From Chrysomallon squamiferum (lineage: Eukaryota > Animalia > Mollusca): a DNA stretch of 64,000 nucleotides. Under the pieces are notes generated by a model. It saw only the letters and a program-made list of their open reading frames with translations, did not search any database and was not told the DNA's origin. Position 1 is the first letter of the stretch. Each line of letters begins with the position of its first letter. Shown here one piece after another: positions 52,401 to 64,000 of this stretch. The stretch spans positions 22,320,001 through 22,384,000 of the forward strand of contig CM022672.1 in assembly GCA_012295275.1 (NCBI GenBank), written 5' to 3'. The translations under genes and the position numbers were made by a program.

Positions 52401-53519
52401 GTAGTATTAGTAGTAGTAGTAGTAGTGATAGTAGTAGTAGTGGTGGTAGTAATAGTAGTAGTATTAGTAGTAGGGAAGAGCCACCTATATCTATATCCAT
52501 GGATATTCTGAAAAATATGACACTGATTTTTCTATCATTGTTCAGATCGTTGTCGTCGATGTCGTTGTGGTTCTTTTACGTATTTATGTTTCTTCCTTTA
52601 TTTTCCTGTCAATCTGGTATTTGAACGTGTCTTTTTTGTAGCATTTGCTTATGGATAAAGTTAACCGTATCAATTTAATGATACTGATATTAAAATATAT
52701 CTAGTAAAATAATTTAAATCTAGCAAATATAATTTTATAATATGTTCCAAATGCTTTATTATTATATTTAACAATATTAACTTATATGGTTAGCATTTCA
52801 GTCATAGCTAATTTTGTTACTTTATTATTATTTGATTTAAGTAAAATTATAAGATGCTAGAATGAAAACAATATATAAATGCATAAATGGATATTTTTCT
52901 TTAAATCTTCGGTTGCCTTATTATATAACCTAACCTTTTTAAAATTATACATATCTTTATAATGATCTTTCTTTTTTTAGATTATTGTTATTTATATTTT
53001 GTATTTGTTGTTATTGTCGTTATTGATTCTGATACAAGATTAAACCATTCTTCATTCATTTAATCTCTCCATCACTCTCCCATTCATTCCTAGTATAACA
53101 TTGCCACACTTTCATTCATTCATTGAAGCCAAAGTTTGTTCATTGCCAGAATACATCAAACTAAAACATTTAACAGATATCACATACAAGTGTGAGCAAC
53201 GAAATTAACAAGCGATTACATTGTTCGGCACGAGCGGTCGCCATCTTTGCTTCGTTTTATCAAAGACAATTTCGTCTGGGTCCTACATATAACTTTCATT
53301 TTAAGGGATCCTGCACCAAATCTATTGCCAACTGTTTCATCTGCAGCCCATAGAACAACAATAAAAAGTACATGAAATTTCGTTTACTTTCTTTGTAAGA
53401 TATTTTAATTGAAACACTGGTGGAAGACTTGGTGTTTTCGGAGTTAACTTGAATTCAAATATGTTTTGTGGAAATTAAAAGACGTATTTAAAGATGGCGT
53501 GTGGTAATGAAACTGTATA

Positions 53520-53669
53520 CACTGAAATAAATAATTGTTTTTAAATAGTGAATTTAGACGTCTAAGCCAATCACTGAAATAAATAATTGTTTTTAAATAG
53601 TGAATTTAGACGTCTAAGCCAATCACTGAAATAAATAATTGTTTTTAAATAGTGAATTTAGACGTCTAA
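53520..53669. repeat. 52-bp tandem repeat x ~2.9, identical copies
   Basis: Unit cactgaaataaataattgtttttaaatagtgaatttagacgtctaagccaat, containing the palindrome TTAGACGTCTAA. Confidence 0.95.
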
Positions 53670-54187
53670 ACCCCGTCAGTTATTTAACTGCAGTGTAAGT
53701 TATATTACATTCGCGAAAAAATGTACGCTCTGAGCCAGTACTACACACATTAAGCCCATCACATTTTTATTTATTTATTTTTATTTATTTTATTTTGGGG
53801 TCAACATATGTCGTTGTTGCTGCTGCTGTTGTTGAAAATATAATCCCTTTATCCTGGATTTTCTCATGAGAAAAGAAAATTACGGAAAATCAGAGATTTG
53901 TTTATTTCGTTTTAATGCAGATTTGTTTGTTTTCCTATTTTTGTTTTTATTTTTCTGTTTTAAGTCTGAGATGATATTATCGGAAATAAAACACCATGTG
54001 CACATGGAAAATGTAAACAAGCAGCAAACAGAACAACACATCATTTCTTGTGTTACAAGTCCCTGTATTTTAATCATTACATTAACATTTTAATAATCAT
54101 GTTAGGAAATACCAACAGTTTAAATTTCTGTACATGATGAAATAATAAAATATTAAAAAAACAACTTATTATTATTATTATTATTAT

Positions 54188-54240
<53 letters not shown>

Positions 54241-54259
54241 TTACTACTACTACTACTAC

Positions 54260-54291
<32 letters not shown>

Positions 54292-54662
54292 TTACTACTA
54301 CATGATGAAATAATAAAAATTAAAACATAACTTATTAAATTATTATTATTATTATTGCTATTATTATCATCAGTATCGCTGTTGTTGTTACTGTGATTAT
54401 GATGATGACGATGGATGTGATACTTTCTTGATTTTCTATTTGTCCTTTTTCAAAATAGTGAAAGATTTTTTCTTGTATTTGTTTTTAACTTTAAAAAAAA
54501 TATATATTGTTTATTTTTTTTTTTTTTTTTTTTTTTTCTTACTGACAGAGAAAGAAAAAATATAAATAATAAAATATTTAAATTCAATTATAGACATATA
54601 ATACATCAACTTTGGCTGGGATACATACAAATAACATTTTTTTTTTTTTTTTTTTTTTTCAG

Positions 54663-54846
54663 TATCGTCAAGGTATGTTCTGCTTGTATATTAACTCTAT
54701 AGTGAAAATATTTTATGTAAGTATATGTATATATTTATTTCATTAAAATATATGCATAATACATACATATTATATACATATACAATATTAAGAATTAAAA
54801 AATAATAATAATCTATAAAATTTTAATACAGTGATACTAATATTAA
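54663..54846 (+). repeat. Duplicate of the exon-1 3' end and intron start of the gene at 61290 (matches 61379-61562)
   Basis: tatcgtcaaggtatgttctgcttg...aatacagtgatactaatattaa is present at both sites with few differences. Confidence 0.9.
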
Positions 54847-57800
54847 TAATAATAATAATAATATAAAGGAGTCCACCTTTTTGCATTATAAAATTATTAT
54901 TATTATTATTAACATCATCATCATCTTCATCATTATCATTATTATTATTATCTTCATCATTACCTTCATCTTCGTCATCATCATCATCATCACCATCATC
55001 ATTATTATTATTTTTATTTTTCTTATTATCATTATCAGTATTTGTTAATATTATTATCATTACCATCGTTATTATTATAACTACTGATCTATTAATAACA
55101 ACGGTAATTACAAATAAATAACAACAACAACACAACAATAATAATAACAATAGTTCACAAAAACATTCTTACATCAGTCTCTGCCATCACATTATGCTAG
55201 CACTTTACAAAATCTACTACTTACCTAATTAACTCCTTGACAGATTCTACCAAAAAATAAAAAGAAACTATTTCGGATGGACGAGAGAGATTTTGTTTTT
55301 CAAAGGAAACTGATAATCGGGTAATTAGGTCGTAATTAAGCGCACGAACATCACCACCTGTCAGTGCGATCTGTTTTGCATCAATTGTGTTGCTGGACGT
55401 GCGCGCATGGCAGTGACGTGATTGACACATATTGCAGTTCATGCGCTGTGTTGTTGCAGCAGACAGGTCTAGGAAACACACTGAGCTCAGTTCGTTCTAC
55501 CCGCTTAAACGAACGGGTGGGGGAAAATCCTTTGATCTTCCAACCCATTCAGGGGGTTATCTGCTTAAAAAGTAATGAAACCAAATACAAACACAGCGAT
55601 TAAATTATTAATTAGTGTGTTATTGACAGTACCACTAATTGCGATGAGTTTTTTTTTTTTTTTTTTTTTCGGGTGGGATGGGTAGAGACTAATGGGACGA
55701 ATTTTATAATGGTTTTAGTATTGCTGATTTTTTAAGTAATTGGATTTAGAAAATTAATTAGGATTTCTTAACCTGGATTTTTTAAAATATTTTTTCTTAT
55801 TTATTTATTTATTTATTTACTTACTTATTTATTTATCTATTTATTTATTTATTTATAATTAAAAAAAAATAATAAAAAAAAAACAATTTAAAAAAACCAA
55901 CAAAAAAACTCGGCTATTGTGCTGGAGCAGTGAATTAATATTTTATGATGGTTTTAATAATGCAGATCTGGATTTTAAAATAAATGAAAAATAAAATGTT
56001 AATTAAACTGTACTGTACGGTACTTCATAATTCATGATATTTTAAATGATTTTAAATGAAAGAGATGGGAAAGAAGAAATATAATACTCGTGCACACACA
56101 CACACACAAACACGCACACACACAGCAACACTCACAAACAGACACATACGGAGAGAGAAAAAGTGGGAGGTTGAGTTTGTGTGAGAACTAAATTACAGAA
56201 ACTAACCAATTTTCTGTTTTATAATAATAATAACAACAACAACAACAATAATAATAATAATAATAATAATTTTTTATTATTATTATTAACATCAACATCA
56301 TCATCATCATTACTATTTCAATTTAATTATTTTATTTATTTATTTTATTAATTAAACCTTATTTGTTTATTTATTTTTTTATCTATCTAACCAACTTGCC
56401 TATCTATCTATTTATCTATCTATCTAACATTCTATCTATATAGCTATCATTCTATCTATCGATCTATAGCTATTTATACTTTAACAAATAAACAATCTAC
56501 CATCTCATTTACTTTTCATTATACACATTCTTAATCTTCAATTTAAAAAAATAATTTTAAAATCAAGAATGAAATGAACATTTAATCAAATAAAAAAAAC
56601 AAAAAAAACAACAACAAATAAACAAATAATCACAAAAAGAATTATTACCTGTTTAATTGCACACTCCACGCACAAGCCAGGTATTTACCAGAATCACGCA
56701 GAGATGATAACCACTTGACAAAAAAAACGATACGTCGCCACGTTTCAACTCTTTAACAACATCCCAACTACGACTACGTTAATCCAATAAACGGCCTAGA
56801 CATGATAAAGAAAGAAAGAAAAAGATGCCGACGAGAAATGAACAATACCCTCTAATGACCAGTCTCGCTAGCGGAGAGAGGAAAAAAAAAAAGAAGAAAA
56901 ACGCGGAGGAAAAAACATAACGGAAAAGCAAAGTGTAAACAGTATCTCCACGGGAAGCCAAGAACCGTTAGAAAACGTCTCCCTTTTATGTCGCGGTCTT
57001 GAGTGAAATGCGATTACTTGTGTAGATAAATATTGCTTTATATTAAACGAGATTAGTCTTATCGCAGTAGGAAATGGCGCATGTCTGTTATTCAAATTAA
57101 ATTTAATCCCGGTTTTTTTTGTGTGTGTTTTTTGTTTGTTGCAGTTGTCGTCCGAAATGAGATAATCTTAATTTTCTAATGAGTTTACGTTGAAGATTTG
57201 CTAGAAAGATTTGAGACGTGGATAATTTGTAAATTATGAAATGTAGATAATGTCTGTCGTCTGTGTAAAAAAAAAAAAAAAAAAATAAAACGATTTAGGT
57301 TTTAGAGATTCTGATGTAGATTCGAGAAAAAAAAATAAATAGCAGCAATTAGAAATGGCATGTTGTTAAATAATGACAGAGTTAAAAATATTTTTCATTA
57401 AAATTAGTTTAATATTAATTGATATTAAAAATCTATTTAAAAATGTGTTAATGGATGGATGGATGGATGGATGGATGGATGGATAGATAGATAGATAGAT
57501 AGATTTTTAATTATACTAATTTTACTGAAAATATATATATATAGCTAAAGCGAGAGAGAGACATTTATTTCCATATCTGTAAATTATTAAAATTATTCAA
57601 TTTTAAATTTATTATCTTTATAATCTATATACAAATTAAAATTCTGGATTTTCGACCAAAACAAAATTAACAGCTTTCAGTATCGAATGAAAATTCATTA
57701 GGTTAGTAAACGAATTTTTAAATATTAAATCAACATAAATAGTAACAATAGCAAAAATAGAAAATAAAATTTTATAACGCGTTTATTAACAATAACATCG

Positions 57801-58693
57801 ATGGATTTTTAATAACGACATTGTTACTACAACTATTAAATCATTTTAAAACTATATGTATTTTCATTTAACTTTTTCTAGGATAATTTAGTATTCAAAA
57901 AAAAAATAATAATAATAAAAATAAAAGGATGCGGACATAACACATAACTCAATAAGTTTTATTACAATGAACAAAAAATTACCAGAGTGCTAAAAAAAAA
58001 TACCCACCCGCTGTCCAAGAATTGTTTTTCACTTCCAGTCTTTTTTATTATTATTATTATTTTTTTTTTATACCAGATGTGGCGATTATCACAAACATGG
58101 GGATCCTGTATGTGTTAAAAATAGGTAAAATAAATCAATTATTAACAGCTATCAAATTAACACCTGTAATCGTAATAGTTTGGGGGAAACTATGAAAAAC
58201 AAATACACACCTTTGTTTTGTGTTTGATGCTACATATTCTACACCTTTTCTTAAAAGTGTTAACAGCGATTTATAAAACTGTTCTTTAGCAGGAAAATAA
58301 GAAAGAGAGAAAGAAAGAAAGAAGAATGAAGAAAGAGAAAGAACGAGAGAAATAAAATTAAAGAATAAAAGAAATAAACAAAAAAAGAAAAATAAATAAC
58401 GACGGTATAAATTTGTGTTTCATTCACTCACACACACATACAAACACGCATATACGTTTTCTTTATATATATATATATATACTATGTCTACTATTAACGG
58501 AATTTTATATATATTAAAATTCCATTAGTAGTAGGCACTGAATTTCCACTATTTATGTAAAATGTAAACTATTATTACTATTCAGATTCTTCATTAATAA
58601 AATAATTGTTTTTAAAATAAATTATTATTGTTGTTGTTGTTGTTATAATTATTATAATTATTATTACTATTATTATTATCATCATCATCATCA

Positions 58694-58761
<68 letters not shown>

Positions 58762-59150
58762 CACAATACAGATAATTTTTTATTTCAATATAAAACAAAA
58801 ACCAAAAAAAATTGTCAACAAACAGGTGTTTATATATCCCATTATATAACTCACAGTAATATTATTTGGTCTAAAACCCCATCACCACATAGGGCGACAT
58901 TTTTTTATATAACTTATTAGTCGCAAAGACGCCACATGGGGAAGAAATATGCAAGAACCTTATAGAATATATTATCTTCAAATCTGGTGAGAATATCTTA
59001 GGAAAACAGCGAAACAAAGCTTCAGTTTGACCTCAAAGTGTGACTCGTATACTTCATATGTCCTTACCGTAGCACCAGCGATAATATTTGCTTAATTGCG
59101 CAACATTGCAGAGTCAAGAGGCTTGCAGAGTGAAGAAGTAAGTTAACACA

Positions 59151-59496
<346 letters not shown>

Positions 59497-61039
59497 ATAC
59501 ATAATACGCTAATAGTGTCAATAAAAAAAAAATTGTCCACGAGAAAATATTCAGTACAATTGCACAGAAAACAAATAAAGATCCAACCAAGGAGTACACC
59601 ATTAAACATTCAAAGAAAACGCAGACAAACGAATAAATAAATGACGTCGTATTATGAAGAAAACTTTTTTCAGCATATGTCTCGAAGAATCTAAAAAATA
59701 GAAAATGACGAAGTTGAAATATTTGCAATGACAGTTGAAAAGCAACATTACCGGTTTCACACCAATTTATATTACAGCTACATTATTTTTATATAAATAT
59801 AAAAAGGTGATATTTATAATGTTTAGTGAGATATTTGCCAAACTGAAAAATCCATGAATATCAAGATAATGTCAATTTATTGATAAAAAAAGAAAAAGCA
59901 GAAAAAAAACATCAGTCCTTACAAAATAAATAAATAAATAAACAAACAAACAAACAAACAAACAAACAAACAAACAAACAAATAAATAAATATCAGAAGT
60001 TTGCCAAGATCTGCATATTGAAAAAATTTTGAAACGTAATTCTGTGCTGTTGATCTCGATACTTAACTTTTTATTATTATTATTATTAATTTCAAAAACT
60101 GTTTTTATTATTATTATTTGATCATTCTTTTAATTTTTAATTAAATTGTAACCTTTTGTAACTTTTAAAATAATCATTTTACTAATTTGTGTATAAAATG
60201 GATATATATTTTTGAAATGTTTCCTAAAAATATAATAATAAATTAGAAAACATACAAGTAAGTAGTAATAATTCATTACTTTAAATATGTTCAGCTAATG
60301 ATTAATTAAAACTTTATTCGAAAATTCCTTCAAGTAATTATTTTTATGACATCAAACATAGAATAAACATTTTAATAAAAATACGAACAGCTACACTAGA
60401 GAAATTGAAATGAATTAATATTTGGTGCATTGTTTTGAAATTGAATATTAATCTCATATTTAATTTGCATTCTTACTATTACTTAGTATTTATATATATG
60501 TATATATATATATATATATTCTTCGAATATTTCTTATTAATAAATGTGTCTGTATGTTTGTGTGTTTTCGTCAAATATTTCTTATTAATAAAACAAATTT
60601 CAACAACACCATTAAATGATATTAAATACTGAACAGTTATAGGAGATGGCAAAAAAATTCTTCACTTAACGTGTCATTAAATTTTATAAAAAAACACAAC
60701 ACATCAAAACAGATTGTCTTCCAGTCAAGATTATTCGAAAGATTTGAGTTAACCCGTTAAGATTTATTGAAAGATTTCTGTTAACCCGTTAACTCTGTCA
60801 CCATTATGACAAGTGCGTCGATTCTGACGGCTGCCATATTTGCGTTCACCCGCGTTTATCCACACTTCTTCAATTCCGCTAAACCCTGAAACGGTGTTGT
60901 TTTATTTAAACTTTCCACATTAGAGATAATTTTCTCGACATCAGTTGTAAAAACATAACAGTGAACGCGATCCGGCGACATAATCCCCTGTTTACACACG
61001 CAACTACCGAAGCGGCGAAAGACGGCCTCACGTAATTAG

Positions 61040-61215
61040 CAACGATAAGTCCGATTGGTCGGCGGTGCAGAAGATGCGTCCGCGTCGGCGAATCAGCGGG
61101 AGGCTTGAGCCAGGCGAGCTCTGCGATTGGTCGGATCGATATTGACAGGGCATGAAGGGGTCTGATCTGCTTGATTACGGTGAGCTGTGGTCATGCACGT
61201 GTATATAAACCGGAG
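61040..61215 (+). promoter_or_regulatory. Pol II core/proximal promoter: two inverted CCAAT boxes, E-box CACGTG and TATA box
   Basis: CGATTGGTCGG at 61052 and 61124, CACGTG 61196-61201 abutting TATATAAA 61202-61209, GATAAG at 61044; CpG-rich island ~80 bp upstream of an ATG. Confidence 0.7.
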
Positions 61216-61289
61216 TAGAAATTGCAGATGCATCATAATTCTTTTTTTGGTTCCATCTTTAAAGAACAGCTCGGATTACTAGCAGCTAA

Positions 61290-61388
61290 ATGTCAGAATT
61301 ATCTATAGAAATGATGTCGTCGGATCTCGAAGAGGATTGTTTCTCGCCCCATTCTCCAGAAAAATCATTACATTACAATATCGTCAAG
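61290..61388 (+). CDS. First coding exon of an unidentified gene (MSELSIEMMSSDLEEDCFSPHSPEKSLHYNIVK)
   Basis: AAAATG downstream of the TATA box, 33 open codons, AAG|GTATGT donor. No convincing second exon found before the window ends. Confidence 0.6.
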
Positions 61389-61576
61389 GTATGTTCTGCT
61401 TGTGTATTAACTCTACAGTGAAAATATTTTATGTACGTATATGTATATATTTATTTCATTATATACATGCATATATACATACATATTATATACATATATA
61501 ATATTAAGAATTAAAAAATAATAATAATCTATAAAATTTTAATACAGTGATACTAATATTAACTTGCATTATAACA

Positions 61577-61793
<217 letters not shown>

Positions 61794-63007
61794 ACTGGGA
61801 TATATAGCTTAGCATTTTAATCGGGAAAACAAACGTAGGCTTATCTTTTCATATTTATTTTATTCCATTTCACTTTATCAATTTTAAAATTAAAAGCTGC
61901 AATTTCCAAAACAAAAACCCCCATATAAACAACTATTATCTTTCGACAGTGGGCTGGGGTGGGGGGGTGTTTTACAAATTTAATTTAATTTTCCGTTTTA
62001 ATTTTAAATCAAACTTCACACCCAACAAACACAATTTGATTTTCTTCTTTTCTTCTTTTCTTTTTTTTTCTTTTTCTTTTTTTTTTTTTTTTTTTTTTTT
62101 TTATTTTTATTTTCTTTTTATTTATTTTTTTATTCGTGACGCACACAACTTTTCGGTGTAAGTCGAGTTAATACTCACGCACGCTTTCCAAGTCATTCAC
62201 TTGGCGAGCAGGTCTGTTTTCTCAAAGAAATGTTTAACGTGATTTTCCAACTCCGTCATGGCAAGAGAGGAAGTAATTTCGTCTAATACGGAAGCTCTCT
62301 TTCAGGCGAGGACGCGCCGGATCCGAAGTATACATTGAGGTCCCTTCACGCGCGTGTATCTTTACAAGGTGGTTTTCGGTTTCACTTAGCTTATTTCCTT
62401 TTTGAATGAAATAGACATATCCCCCGCAGTTTCGCTATTCTGTCTATCTCCCATCTCCTCGCATCCATTAGATGCGACAATATTGCCGAAGAAGAAAACG
62501 TCTACGGACGGAAACGCATTACTGTCAATGCATTTATCCGATTTGGCACGAGCTTTCAAAGCTCGAGAAATATATAATCCAATGGCCCTAAAAGAATGTA
62601 TAGATTTGCATTTAGAAGCGGCGATTTTCCTTCGTCCTCCGAATCGAATTAACTCTTTCTTGTAATATCGCAAAAACCGGCAGCGTGTTAATTAATTTCA
62701 AGATTAACGGAACCCGACTCGAGACTTGTCATCACGGAAGAAATGGCTTTTCTTCTTTTCATTCTTTTTTTTTTTTTTTTTTTTTTTTTTTCTTCTTCTT
62801 CTTCTTCTTCTTCTTTTTCTTAAAATGTGGCAGACTTTTCATGTCCATTGCACTAACCAAAAAGCGGAATAATGTGCAAATGTCAGATACATTTCAGCAA
62901 AGCACGTGCTTGTACGTTGCCGAAGAAAACGACGCGATGCATGCGACGGAATTTCAATCCATTTCCTGTTCAGGATACCTTTTACCCCATAGATTCTTCC
63001 TTTCTTC

Positions 63008-63042
<35 letters not shown>

Positions 63043-63459
63043 CTTTCTTTCTTTCGTTATTTTTTTTTTTTTTTTTTTTTTTTCTTTCAAAGTCTCTATT
63101 TCAAGTTGCTTTTAAGAGTTTTATTATTTTTTCATCATTATTATGTTGTTTTTTTTCAACGAAAATTTAAAAATTTCTCTATCGTTGCTTTTGAAGATTT
63201 TTGTATTTACTTTTATCTTGTTACTTTTATTTTAATGAAAATTTTAAGTTTTGTTTTAAAAAAAAAAAAAAAAAGAGAGAATCTATCTTGAGGTACTTTT
63301 AAAGATTTTGTATTTTATCATTTTATTATTTTTGTTCTTTTTAAAAGAAAGTTTTGTTTTTACTTATTTATATTATTTATATTTTTGTTTACTTATTTAT
63401 TTAATGGTTTTTTTAATGGTTTTAAGTTTTTTTTTTAATTAATAATAATAATAATAATA

Positions 63460-63501
<42 letters not shown>

Positions 63502-63827
63502 TTAAATCAATGAAATTTTAAAAACTTTTTAAGCGTCTAATATGTCTGAGGTGACTTGATTATTGTCGTTTTAACAAAAGTTTTATTCGAAGACAAAAAG
63601 CACATACAAATTATTTTTGTATATTTTATTATTACTAAGGTTTATTCTTTGTTGTCTGATGGAATATAAAGTGAAATAATTTTATGATGGATGTAGTATC
63701 AGTATTTATTTATTTATCATCATCGACTTCGTCATCCTCATCATCATCATTATCATTATTTTTATTATTATTATTATCATTATCATTATTATAATTATTA
63801 TTATTATCATCATTATCATCATCATCA

Positions 63828-63867
<40 letters not shown>

Positions 63868-64000
63868 TATAAAACTCGTTTTAAGATGAATACGACATTC
63901 ATATTTCTATTTAATATACTGAACATTCACATTAATAATAATTCCTTAAACTACTCTTAGCAATAACTGCCGCAAAAATAACGAAAGAATCAATAACAGA

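Noticed and set aside
61290-61388. Assigning a gene name (e.g. a bHLH family) to the first exon
   Set aside because: 33 residues with no DNA-binding domain are insufficient for identification.
62296-62340. Candidate exon 2 of the 61290 gene after ctctctttcag
   Set aside because: In the required phase 0 it hits TGA after 10 codons and has no good donor.

Overview
Eukaryotic, very AT-rich, microsatellite-dense animal DNA with spliceosomal genes. The repeat style and the ZP-protein type suggest a mollusc, possibly a cephalopod (inference). Most ORFs in the supplied track are microsatellite artefacts, so real genes were rebuilt by hand from splice sites and phases. Contents: (1) the 5' part of a minus-strand EHMT1/EHMT2 (GLP/G9a)-like gene, 5 coding exons visible at 10182->1011, continuing off the left edge; (2) a complete 2433-bp hAT (Buster/Charlie/SPIN/OC1-type) DNA transposon at 14360-16792 with 16-bp TIRs, a perfect 8-bp TSD and a ~603-aa transposase broken only by two compensating 1-bp homopolymer indels, apparently inserted at the 3' end of a host exon; (3) a complete 9-coding-exon minus-strand gene (36026->28847, 398 aa) for a membrane-anchored zona pellucida (ZP)-module protein of the mollusc VERL/VEZP type; (4) an intact tRNA-Ala(CGC) plus two decayed tRNA-Ala-derived sequences; (5) a TATA/CCAAT promoter and first coding exon (61290-61388, +) of an unidentified gene, preceded by ~15 kb of non-coding DNA containing enhancer-like islands; (6) several hairpins, interlocking inverted repeats, minisatellites and dispersed duplications. 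No prokaryotic systems or CRISPR arrays are present, and I could not establish a new biological system from sequence alone.
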